DNA from: Chrysomallon squamiferum
Taxonomy: Eukaryota > Animalia > Mollusca
Length of the DNA stretch: 64,000 nucleotides
Assembly: GCA_012295275.1 (NCBI GenBank)
Contig: CM022670.1
Span: 15,500,001-15,564,000 of the forward strand
Reading direction: 5' to 3'
In this document: positions 42,972-59,104 of the stretch, piece by piece
How positions within the stretch are numbered: position 1 is the first letter of the stretch
How the letters are laid out: each line of letters begins with the position of its first letter
Notes under the pieces: generated by a model
Seen by the model: only the letters and a program-made list of their open reading frames with translations
Database searches by the model: none
Told to the model about the DNA's origin: nothing
Program-made: the position numbers and the translations under genes

Positions 42972-43313
42972 GCGAATATAACAAGTAAAGTACATCTGTT
43001 TTTACGGAATACATTGAATTATGTATACGGAATATAACGAGTGAAATATTCATCACTGTATAAGGGATATAACAAGTGAAATGTATGTCAGTGTAGTCGG
43101 AATATAACGAGTAAAGCATCTGCCAGTGCTTAAGAATTAGCGAACAGCCAGTTTGTATGGAATATAACGAGTGAAGTATCGCCAATGTATACGAAATATA
43201 ACGAGCGAAGAATTTGGCACTGTATGCGGAATATAACGAATGAAGTATCGCTCTTTTGTACGGAATATAACGAGTGAAGTATCGCCACTGGGGACGGAAT
43301 ATAACGAGCGAAG
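42972..43313. repeat. 34-35 bp minisatellite with conserved core CGGAATATAACGAGTGAAG
   Basis: Cores at about 42972, 43028, 43063, 43098, 43158, 43192, 43227, 43261 and 43295, plus two truncated units; linkers variable but related (tatcgccactgtata-like). Confidence 0.88.
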
Positions 43314-45006
43314 CGTCTGCTTTTCTGCACGTCACTACAATGTTTAAATAGCAGGTGTCAGTCAAACAAAAAACAGATCACGAAAAACTACACATTTGAT
43401 GAATCTGTCATCTAGGAAACGACGAGTTCACCAAGGTGGATTGATATAGGAAGATTCACTGATCCATCAGATGGAGTTTACCAATGTAGACTGAGCCATT
43501 GTTTTGTTTTTACCTACTGGTTTTGATCCAGTTGGTGATGTTATTGATCCAATGTGTGGTATCCTCATGCTGGACTGATTCAGCAATATCACATTTCTGT
43601 ATGAAAGTCTAACTAGTGTTTCTAATGTGGGAACAAAAACCCACCAACAAACAAAACAAACAAAAACAACAACAAAAACTACACAAAAAAAAAAAGAAAA
43701 AAAGAAGAAGAAATGAAAACAGTTTTTATTACTCATATAGCTTTTTTGTAACTTAATTTCTCTTCTCGTTTTCTCGTCTTCATCATCATCATTGTTTTTG
43801 TTGTTATTTTTGTTGTTATTTTTGTTATTAATGTTGTTGCTGTTGCTGCTATTGTTTTAAAGAAATACTAGTACCATGAATCATTTTAGATACCACAATT
43901 ATTATGAATACATTTATTTATTTAAATTCAAAAGACATATACTAATGAAAATATTTTCTGAAATTCATTCATCTGTTCTGTCAAATTATTATCGTCATTG
44001 TTGTTGTTGTTATTGCTGCTGCTGTTGTTCATGTTGTTGTTGTTTAGCCACTAAAAAGATATTTATAACAAGTTCAGATTGAAAGATTTTTCCTGTACGT
44101 TTTGCTAATCGCTATATTTACTCAATTCGTAGATCTTTAGTTAGATGTTCAGTAATAGTTCTCTCCTTTTAATTATCTTCGTGCCACCTCTTAAAATTAT
44201 TAGAGTTTATTTATTTAGGATTCATGTTCAAAAAACAGAATATATAAAATATAATTTAATAATAAACAGAAAAGGTATTCCGAGAATAACACAAGCAGTC
44301 ATACACTTGTTTTCATTGTGATCCTCAATATAAGCAATAATTTTCACAAATTTGATTAATGCTGTTTAAACATCCCAGTGCTGTGTTATTTTCAAAGAAG
44401 ATAACTAAACATTTTTTATTTGTTTGTCCATGGTAATCTGCCAGTGTTCTCAATGTTTCAACAGTGCAAACTAAACAAGAGATTTCGAAGATTTTGCGAA
44501 GGGCCGCAACTCTTATTCAAATAATAAAAGCAGTCAGTAAGAGTTGTCTCCCCATAACCCATTAAACCTATATGTTTGACGAGTTGCTCTTAATTTTATG
44601 ATTCTCAGTTATACTTGTAGACGGATATATTGCACACAATATACATTTATCTCCTCCTGCTAAAAATTAATAAAACTATTATAAATTTCTAAGTTTAATA
44701 AATATTTTAAATATCTGGTTGATAATAACAGTAAAATATAGTAAAAACATATATACATACATACACACACATATACATACATATATACAGACATATAGAC
44801 ATACACATATACAAACAAACTCATATCAGAAAATTGTACTTGAACCATCAACATTCTTCTAATATTAAATACGCTTGCGAAAATATGATTTAAAAGCAAT
44901 AATAAAGTTTTTTTCTTATTGCTTCCTGGTAAATACGTCCTTTATATCAATACGACAACTCATGTGCTTGATCAAACCTACACATACCTGAAATTATTAT
45001 TATTAT

Positions 45007-45053
<47 letters not shown>

Positions 45054-45251
45054 ATAGTAGTAGTAGTCGAAGCAACAACAATAGGAGTAATAGAGTAGTA
45101 GCCTTTATTTATTTATTTATTTATTTATTTTATTTTTATTATTACTGAATGTCTGCTTGTTACTTAGTAACCTTTCCATGAGGAGTATCAGGTTCATGAA
45201 ATCAATCATTTGTGCTTGAAGAAATATAACATATTAACATGAATTTGTTAA

Positions 45252-46060
<809 letters not shown>

Positions 46061-46819
46061 AAAAAGACATTGCCGTAATCATCATCAGTTGTAAAGCTGA
46101 ACACTGGATCCTCAAGCAGAAAGCAGTACATTCCAAACACTGGCGACAATTGCCGAACTTTTCCATGGTCTGCAGATTTTCGGAATGGATCGTTAATGAC
46201 TCAGCTAAATAGAGAAGCTATATTATTCTTGTGGATGTGAGCCTTGCTGTACCCAGGATGGAGAATACCTCCTGGTGTCGCAGATGAAGCAAATACCTGT
46301 TTTCAGGGTGATGACCGCCCTCATCCAACTATCCACAGAGACCCTAACCAGCCAGCTAAAACTCAGTTAAAATTAATTTTTTTCAATAGTTTATATTCCA
46401 CTATGAAAACAATAGATCAATAAAAATAATGAATAAAGAAAAAAAATGGAAAAAGAAGAAGAAAAAAAGCTTTATGAGTTTTTAAAAGTGTTAGGAAGCA
46501 AATCAATAACTTTCATTATTATGGTCTTATCTATGATCGCACTAGGTTTATTGTAATAACAAAACTATTTAGATTCCGATGAAATCTATTTTTTTTTTTT
46601 TTTTTTTATGGAAAATAACTTCCTGCAGCCTTCTATGAATGTTTCTACACAGCAATAACCATTCTTTTATGTAGTTGTTTTCTGGTGTGTTTCTGAAGAT
46701 GACTACGTAAAAATATTTTCCCTCTTTCTCTTTTGATAATAATTCTGAAGCAGCTTTAAGATGTTAACCTGAAAATCAATGTGTAGAGGTTTTAAACATG
46801 TAAAATAGCAACAGTAATT

Positions 46820-46888
<69 letters not shown>

Positions 46889-46907
46889 AATAAATAAATA
46901 AATAATA

Positions 46908-46943
<36 letters not shown>

Positions 46944-47078
46944 TCTCTGCTCTGTCTCTCTTTCTTTCTCTCTTTTTCTGTTTCTTTTTTCTATCTTTCA
47001 CTCTTTGTGTCTCTGTCTCTGTTCCTTTCTCTCTTTTTCGCTCTCTCTTTCTCTTTTTCTTTCTATCTCTTTATATAT

Positions 47079-47130
<52 letters not shown>

Positions 47131-49843
47131 CTATTTATTTATTATTATTTATTTTTTTTTTTTTTATTATAAATATATAAATGAACCCATTTATAACACA
47201 CGCACAGAAAAAAACAAAAAAAAAAAAAAAAAAATAATAAAAAATAATAAATAAATTATCACGTAGATAATAATATGCTGTTGTACTGTCATAAAAATAA
47301 TTCAGGCATTTCTAATATGAGTGAAGTGCAGTTTACAGAGTCGAGTTACATGCATGTTGTGTCACAACACGTTCTCTTTCGTTATTGCAGTCGCAACAAT
47401 GGTGAGCCATAAAAACAGTCCAGGAGGTTTGCGACAACAGAGAAACTAATACGATCTGTCATTATTCTCATACCTATCTTGTCAATCGCCTGTAAGATTC
47501 ATTAAACATGATAGGCCACTTATTCTTAACTTTCGATATTTTTAGTATTTTTCATTTCGACGAGTCTTTTCATTCCTTTTTCTTTTTCTTTTTTATTCAT
47601 TTATTTATTTTATTATTATTATTATTATTTTTTTTTTTTTTTTTTTTTTTTCAAATTATTTTTTAAATTACTGTCGTTAAGTTTCATGTTTAGATTTATG
47701 TTTTTTCTTATTATATTTTCCCCTAAATATTAGAGAAAATTTCTAATTATTGTTGTTGTTGTTGTTGTTGCTGTTATTATTATCATTGTACCTAGAGCAA
47801 TTCGTAAAAAAAACAATATAACTAAAAATATTTCAATTTGCCTTTTTGTTTGTTTTTTTTTTTTGTAGTTTTTCTAGTAAATTATAACGCTATAAAATCA
47901 GGAACGGTTTAAAACTGGCATTTCAGAGTGAATGATTGAAGTACTGTCATTTCCCATAGTTGGTCCAAGTACAAGAGCTAGGCTGCTGGAAAATAAGCGG
48001 TGTAAATATATTAATATAAAAAAAGTTGTTATCAGAAAAAAAAAAAAAAAAAAAAAAAGGTTTTTCCACATTAAACAATTACATAATTCTTCTTCTACTA
48101 CAACTACAACTATTTGAGTTACTACTACTAAAAGCCACTATCACCACTGTTATTATTACTACTACTACCAAAACCATCACCACTGCTATTACAACCATTA
48201 CTACCACTGCTATTAGTAGAAGTACTGCTACTACTACTACTATTAATATTCTGCTACTACTACTACTACTACCACTACTACTACAACTGCTACTACTACT
48301 ACTACTACTATTACCACAACTACCACTACTGCAACTACTACTAATACTACTAATAAAAATAACGTTTGGCTAATGTCAAAGTCTTCAGAGTTATAAAAAC
48401 TATCTCGTCTCAGATTTTTGAGACTGTTAGTTACTGCCTCGGTTTCTAATCCTAAACATTTATTTGTAGTGGCCAGATCACTGCCACACGCCATTGTAAT
48501 GAAGCGTTGCTATATTGTTGTCAATTGTTTTGTGCACGTAAACAGAAGTGAATACGAAAACGTGCGTTTTCTTTTCCACTGTATTATTTTTCACTGGGTA
48601 TATAGAAACTTTTTGGAAAAGATTAGATTTATGGTGTTGCATATTAGTGAAAAAAATTGTATAGATGTCCAAAAATAGAAAAGTCACAGAAGGATTAAGC
48701 AACGTAACTTTTTGTTTCTTTTGTAAGATCTAGTTTTAGTAAACTAATTGCGTCATCATTATGCAGTAAACAAGTTATTGTGATACCTACTAATTCCTGC
48801 CAGTACTTGTTTAAAATATACATGTTGTGACTGCAATAAATCTGATAAGTAGAAAATATTTTATATACTTTAACGTGTTTGCTTTATTTGGCCTTAGACA
48901 CCAGTGTTTGATGATAATGAATTATAGATATAATAAAACACGTCCGTCAATAATGCATTTTACCTTTAAATGAATGACGTCATATCGTACAGATAAGTAT
49001 ATCTGTATTGAGAGAGACGGGCAAACAAATACATTCTACATTCGCACACATAACTATATACAAATGTATGCATTATATACGTATTCACAAATACATATAT
49101 GCAAAATGGCTTACGGGCTATTTATTATTTTTAATGTACAAAACCAGAAAAGGATGTAAGCCCTTATGTATCAACAAGTAATTAGTGTCATCATCATTAA
49201 CATGGACCAAAGAAAACGAAATAAAAATAAACTAAAGAGGGGTTATTATTTCTACATATACAATTAACATCTGAACAAAATAATTTTGTCACAACTTCTT
49301 TTGAATTTGTAATCATTTTCTAATGTGTTTCTTTTTTTTTTTTTCTTTCTTTTTTTTCGACATTTATTATCATTCCGTTTTAAATGTCATCATTTTTCAT
49401 TGTCTAGAAATGAACAAACTGATATTGTAGGTTGATTGATTTGAGATTTATTAAGTGGGATCGATAACGTGGTCACACGTACTACAACAATTTCTTTCAA
49501 AAGCAAACACTGCTTATCAGCGTAGTTGACCACAATGAACTGTTTGCAAAGTGGCAGCGCTGGAAATAACGAACTGACAGCTTCTTCATTACCAGTTATA
49601 TTCAAAACGGCAAACATGGCCGAGCTTAGATCCGTTCTTTTACATAACCAATTTAAAGCAAGGTCTGGAATATTTACCTGCCAGACTGTATGCAGCTTTG
49701 TTCGTTGTTGACTGGCAGTCCAAGTTCTGTTGACGTTATAGCACTGGCCTTTAAATGACCCTTTGAAACTTAGAAGTACCAAAACCTTTCAAACATAACC
49801 TTTTAATTTATTGTAAGGAAAATATTTTAAATGTTAAATATTA

Positions 49844-49895
<52 letters not shown>

Positions 49896-50100
49896 ATACA
49901 TATTTTTTCAAAATATTTTATTTATTTATATCTGAATGTATGTATATATGTATGTGTATAAATGTACCTATTTACGACGTTAATGCTGTTTTGTTACTGT
50001 TGGATTATGTATGATCAAATCAAATTTGTGAATATTATGTAATTACAGATTATGTAGGCTTATGTGTGAATATGGATTTACTTCTTTATGATACGTATTA

Positions 50101-50138
<38 letters not shown>

Positions 50139-50747
50139 CTGTCGATATATGTGCATGCTGTTTTATTTTTCGTGCAAATTGTACGTGTTCGTGTTTTGCT
50201 GAATAATAAATACATTTAACACATAACTGTGTCTGGGCACGCTATATATTAATACAAATAGCTTCATTCAAATCATCACAATTACTGGATCGCAATAAAA
50301 ACAAGTTTATGTGCAGTTTGAAAACATGGAATATCTATAATGGTTTTTCTGGTATCCACCAAACAGAAACACGTATTTACAGCGTGAAATTGTTGTTCTG
50401 TGCAGCAAGATTAAGTCTGTGACGCGGTGACACAAATTACATGTTTTTGCTTTACGCAGAGAGGTGAAAACAATGCCTTCCATTTCACACTTTGTTTAAT
50501 CAGTTTAGGTGTGTATTGATCGCGTTAAAATAGACTTAGAAAATCAACAACAACAACGACAAACAAGCAGGTTCCAGCACAGAACCGTATAACAACAGTT
50601 CAACAGTTTCTCAGTACCAAAATAAATAATAAAAGAAAGAAAGAAAGATAGATATTATTATAAGCGAAAGAATTAATAAATAAAACTATTTTATATAAAA
50701 AAGTTATTTTGAGATTTCTTTGAATGTTTGACTATGTTACCTGTGAA

Positions 50748-50864
<117 letters not shown>

Positions 50865-51006
50865 TTCTTTTTCTATCAGATTCTCTCTCTCTATGTCTGT
50901 GTCACTCTCTCCTAATACACATGTTATATATAATTCTACTCACTGATAGAAACTAAGAGACAGAGTATTATAAATAATTTATACTCACTGATAAAACCTA
51001 AGTTAA

Positions 51007-51885
51007 TCAGTATCCATTCAAGGCACTGGAGTTCTTTGAGACGGTAGACCCGGATTTCTTAGAAACGTTGGACGGAGATATCGACTTGGTAGGGGATTTG
51101 CTGGGAGACTTGCTGTCCCTTCCGCCCAGTGACGTCATATATCTGTCTATGGCTTCCGGTCCCATCCTGCAGATTTCCAAAGGAGGATGTAATAAAGGAT
51201 TTCCGTTCAAGGCAGAGGACGTGTAACGGTAGCCCCAGTCTAGTTTCGTTAACCTACCGAAACTTCTGGGCAGCTGTCGGATTCTGTTGTTTCCTAACCA
51301 AAGACACCTAAGCTCGACAAGATCGCAGAATGAGTCCGGAAGTCTGGAGAGATCATTGATGAAGAGCAGAAGCGACTCGAGACTCTTCATTTTGCCAATC
51401 TGTTTGGGAAGACTTTTGATGTGATTGTCGCTCATGTCGAGAAACTCCAGATTTTCAAGTTTCGTCAGCTGAATGGGAAATTCGTGGAAACGGTTGTTGG
51501 CTGCATGAAGGCTTTTTAGGTTTTTTAAATTCTGAAATCCCGAAGGAAGTGATGTCAGCATGTTGTTGCTGATGGCCATTCTTTCTAACTGATGAAGGAG
51601 AGATAACTCTGGTGGAAGTTCTTTCAGTTCGTTGGTATCCAACATCAGCACTCGCAAGTTGACCAGTTTTCCGATGTATCGTGGTACCTCCGGCAGTTTG
51701 TAGTCCAAACAAGCTTCTCTTTCTGGACTTAAATCTAACACCTCCAGTTCGTGCAGACTGAACACAACATCGGGTAACTGGGAGAGATCCTTTCCACGTA
51801 TTTTCAGTTTCTTCAGGCCGTAGTAAAGAGGGTCTTCGGATTCAATTCGAAGTTTATATTTCTTCATGAGTGACGTTGCTGCCAT
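51007..51885 (-). CDS. Intracellular leucine-rich repeat protein, 292 aa, intronless CDS
   Basis: Uninterrupted GC-richer ORF with acaATGG start; about 8 LxxLxLxxNxLxxLP repeats of 23 aa; GNPLLHPPLEIC cap; Ser/Lys-rich tail. Ortholog not recognised. Confidence 0.9.
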   Translation of the reverse strand: MAATSLMKKYKLRIESEDPLYYGLKKLKIRGKDLSQLPDVVFSLHELEVLDLSPEREACLDYKLPEVPRYIGKLVNLRVLMLDTNELKELPPELSLLHQLERMAISNNMLTSLPSGFQNLKNLKSLHAANNRFHEFPIQLTKLENLEFLDMSDNHIKSLPKQIGKMKSLESLLLFINDLSRLPDSFCDLVELRCLWLGNNRIRQLPRSFGRLTKLDWGYRYTSSALNGNPLLHPPLEICRMGPEAIDRYMTSLGGRDSKSPSKSPTKSISPSNVSKKSGSTVSKNSSALNGY

Positions 51886-52749
51886 TGTATCGATTCAGTT
51901 AAATGTATTATAAACACGTTAAATTAAACGACAAAGATAGCCCAGCAAAATACTGTTTTTGTAAGAAGACAGCATGTCTCTAATTAACACACACACAACT
52001 CATCTGTCCGGTGAAAGCATCAGTAAGAAGTTATTAACGCAGATCACGACAGATACACACAAACCCGCTTCACGACAGTCTCGGTCCAGTCTGATTCGCT
52101 TGTAAGCTTGTAAGCGAAAATCAAACAATATCGAACTTGACTGCCCTGCCCTTCGCGCTGTAGTAACCCTCAGTCGTAAGCCGAGAACAATAGCGAGTTA
52201 ACAAACTGAGCACTTTGTCTAAATCCTGCCTTCACCCAGTGAAAGGTTTCAGTAAACGTTTGGCAAGCTGCGCTACCAACGCCTCGGCAACCATACGTCA
52301 CATGTCCCGCCTCTCCCAATAGAACGAACAGAAAAAAATGAAAAAGAAAAAGAAATCAGTCTATTAGATACGGGTGGCAATCAGTCATCGACGCTCGTTG
52401 TTCCTTTCATAAAAAAAAAAACATTTCTTTAATCGCTGTAAAAGGGATAAGACGTTAGATTGTTAATAGCTTTCAAAGTGAAACGATACCGACCTATGCT
52501 CGGGTTACATAATTTATGTATTATTTTCTGAACAATAAAACAGAGAATATGTAGTAAACCTTGATAGGAGAAAAAAAAAAAGAAAAAAACGCAAACCAGT
52601 ATAACAGTTCAGTTAGGATTTGCTTTAAGACTGGATTTATGAAAAAAAAAAAATAAAAAAAAAATAAAATAAAATAAAATAAATAAATAATAATAATAAT
52701 AATAACAATAATAATAATATATTTTTACTATTTATTTATTTATTTATTT

Positions 52750-52832
<83 letters not shown>

Positions 52833-52886
52833 TATGGAATAGTTGTATATATACGGTATTTTTACATTTATTAATTATTATTATTA

Positions 52887-52934
<48 letters not shown>

Positions 52935-54346
52935 TATGGAATAGTTGTATATATACGGTATTTAGCAGATAGAGCATGCATTACAGGAAATGTCAAGAGC
53001 CATAATATATATTACACTGAAGAAAAAAGCAGTAATAATGTTAAGAGTAAAACCAGTCACGTGTTGACAGAAAGAAAAGAGGTGAATGTAATGTGTTACC
53101 GCGTGGTAACGACAATCGATTGTTAGTCTTTAGAAGGCGATGTGTACGGCTGAAAACAGATAATGCAGTGGTATACAATGAATAATGTATGTGACTATGA
53201 TTTTATGGGTTACTGCAGGTTCATATAAAATACCCAACTGTCTAGTAGTTATTTCTTTATCATTCAGGTTTACAGACCCGGTGTAAATAATTTTTATCTT
53301 TTTTATTTTTATTTTTTTAATCTAAATGGAAAGTCAAGTTTGTGTAATAGACGGTATGCACACAAAGAGTGTTTACTTACATACATAAGTATATCAATAC
53401 ACATGTATATATATACATATATAGGTTGACGGAATGTTGTTATGAAAACCTGATCGGACCTGAGCTTAGTTTTAGTGGAGGTGCGTAAATCGGCAGATAA
53501 GTGAAGTATATGTTCGTAATTTTACATCATATTTTGTAGAATCAGATTTATCATTTATTTTATTTTTTTATTTTTTTTTTTTAATCATATAGGTATCTGT
53601 ATGCAGTGGCGCAGATACGGTATGACACGTATGGTATGTGTCTTAGGCGCCACTTCACGATGGACGCAACTGAACTCTTTCTGTTATACCTGACTGGTAT
53701 TTTTCAGCTGATTTTATGGTAATGCTATTTGAAAGTTGGCCTCGGATGTTTGGTCAGGGGTGCAGTTCAGTGCTTGCCACCGGCGCTGTTTTTAAATAGA
53801 TACGCTCCTAGCTGTAATATTACTATATCTCTGATGTAAGACTTTTACAAGGCAAATACCATGCTCTAGCAAAACAATCGTGATTCTAATGGAAAATATA
53901 ATTATCTGTTCCTTTTCTCAGTTAACATACATATATATTAGTTTGCAGTTATAATCATATTAATTAGTTATTTATTGTGCATTGACTCTGTTCTCTGTAA
54001 TGTGTTAAATTGATTTTTACACCAAAGGGGAGTGGTGCCCCAGACCCTAGAATCCGCCGCCAGAATACTGCTGATAAAATAAATAAAGCAGAATCACCGA
54101 GTTACGTTCATTTCAGTTATTAAAACAGAATGTTTTCAATATGCTGACTGTTTTTATTTCTTTTATTTCTTTATTTCTTTATATTATATTATATTATATT
54201 ATATTATATTATATTATATTATATTATATTATATTATATTATATTATTTATTTATTTATTTATTTATAATACAAACGATTTATCGACGATCGATCAATAA
54301 ATGTGATTATGTGATTGCGTAAAGTACCCGTCTTCTGTATATATCA

Positions 54347-54348
<2 letters not shown>

Positions 54349-54438
<90 letters not shown>
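54349..54438. repeat. (GA)n microsatellite
   Basis: Perfect dinucleotide tract; an (ATATT)n tract lies nearby at about 54180-54245. Confidence 0.95.
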
Positions 54439-54439
<1 letters not shown>

Positions 54440-54832
54440 ACGGTAAAAAAGTAATAAATCTCTATTAAAAGGTGATCACGAGTGATAATCAGCATACATA
54501 ACACGGCTTTCTCCAAACTGATGTAACGTGCTTAGAAACGATGTAAATATTTTCACTGAACTAACGACGCAAAAACACGCTTAAAGATTTTCCTTTGATC
54601 TTATTTCTAATCAGCTTAAGCAACAGACTGAAATAAAAGGATTAAAACCACGCCTAGAAGTGAAACAAATGTTTGACATTTCACATACATATGCATGTGT
54701 GTTGATTTATCTACATGAATTATCTTTAAGAAAATTTATTCGATTTTGAATAGCATTCGAGCAGAAGGTAATTAATTATTAATTTTAAAAAGGACACCTG
54801 ATTTTATTTATTTATATGTTTTATTTATTTAT

Positions 54833-54892
<60 letters not shown>

Positions 54893-55065
54893 GATTATTA
54901 TTATTATTTCTAAGAAAGAAATGAAACCATAGTCAATTTGGAAAAAAAAGAAGCTTATTATTTTATTCTTATAACTGGAAAGTATACGATAATATAAAAA
55001 GTATTCCGACACAGTTAAAGGTTTGTTTAATAAAGTAGATTTTTATTTACTTATTATTATTATTA

Positions 55066-55109
<44 letters not shown>

Positions 55110-55291
55110 GTTTTTAATCATTTTTGTTATTTATTTATTTATTTATTATTTTTTATTACACTGCTATTTGACATTCAAGAAAATCTCTTCGATTCCAGTA
55201 GTTCCGCTGACATTCTGTTAACACTGAATACATATTGTGTATGTAACTACTTACAACAAAAGACACGCAGTGGGCTAACAGAACTGTTTAA

Positions 55292-57400
<2,109 letters not shown>

Positions 57401-57574
57401 TGTGTTAGATTTTCACTGCAAAAACGATCTACACAATAAAACAGCTGTACTATCGCACGATAAGACTTTTATTCTCATAACCACAGTTTTCTGATAGCAG
57501 ACTTCATTTCTTTTATTGTTTAACCATTAATACGATCTGTGTTAGAAAATCCATGGGATGACAGATATTATTAA

Positions 57575-57632
<58 letters not shown>

Positions 57633-59104
57633 AGCAACAACAACAATAATTTAAACAAACAAATACTGTGGTAAGCTACTTAAAAATTGAGATTTCTTTG
57701 TGCAGGTATATGAATTACTCGACATATATGAACATATTAAGTAAATAATATTTTACACTTTTTATTTCTATATCCTGGTTCTTATATCAAAATCTGTGCT
57801 GTATCAAAATGAAAGGACGACTCAGTCTGTGTAATACTTTGTTAAGGATAGAAGCATAACTCGACCAGCAGTAAGACATATTTTATATACACTTCTCCAG
57901 AAACAGGAAAAAAAAAACATAGAACTATCCAAATGCATTCTCTGAGAAGAAAATTAATCTCCGACATATCATACTCACCCTATTAATACGTTTCAGATGA
58001 AATATGGTCATCTCAGTCTCTGGCAGGAAATATCTCTTACATTATTTTTTGTTATTATCTCCAACAAATAACAAACCTTAGACTTCTTTACAAAAGATGG
58101 CATTTTCATTTCCTCGTATCTTTTCCTTTCTTGTTAGATGTTAGTGTTATTGTATTGCTTTCTGTTATTATTATGCATCAAACCGATGATCTTCAATTCA
58201 AATCGAATAAAAAGAAAATTAAAAAAAGATTGTTCACTGGAGTTCGAAATATGTTTTTGATTTAAGCGACTACAGGAAAGCCTCATTAGTAAGGTACGCA
58301 GTTTTTAATGACGTCACTAATGTAATTGACGCAACATCTCTACGTTAAAACGTAATCACGATAGAGATCTATTTTGCCTGCATACAAGTAGAAGATATCT
58401 AACAATGTGAGTAATTATGAGTCAAGACTACATCACAAATATATAAAAGAAAGACCAGGAAGGCATCCACGGTTTCAGGGGATTAATCAGATTGTTATGA
58501 GTTTCAGTACAAAAAGAAAAACAAAAACAAAAACAAAAAACCTGATCGATAAACTGGAAGAGTATTAGTGTCGGGTGGCTCCATTCTATGTCCATATTAT
58601 ACATATGTAAGATATATATACTCACCCTGATGTGTGTATGTATGTGTGTGTGTGCGTGCGTGTGCGAATACTCTTCCAATATTTTAAATTATTATTATTA
58701 TTATTTTTATTATTATTAATTTTACAATGCATTATAATGTTCTAATTACATAATATATAATATTTGCATCATTCAGTAAAATTGCTAAAATTAAATGTTT
58801 CAGATCACTAGAAGAGATGGTTTAGCTACGAAACGTATTGGTAAAGTGCTACAAACGAAAAGCCATTAACGAATTTTAATTGGAAAAAATCAAACCAAGT
58901 AAAAGAAAAAGGAAGAAAGAAAAAAATCAACAACAAACAAAGAGAATAAACTAAAAACTATTTTAATGGAAATCCTCCATTCGTCAGAAAATTAATATAG
59001 AAATAATCAAAACAAGTAAATAAAGACTTTATAAAAATAAGAGGATAAGGAACAGAAGGAGAAGAGAATGTAGATATTCAAATTAAATAAAGTCAGTAAG
59101 AAAA

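Noticed and set aside
42972-43313. CRISPR array
   Set aside because: Eukaryotic context, no cas genes, degenerate repeats, and short linkers homologous to each other.
49390-49782. 130-aa minus-strand ORF and overlapping plus-strand ORF
   Set aside because: Non-ATG starts, no recognisable domain and no convincing splice partners; unresolved rather than disproved.
53603-53811. MITE with CAGTGGCG-type termini
   Set aside because: GC-rich and repeat-like, but ends too degenerate and no TSD found.
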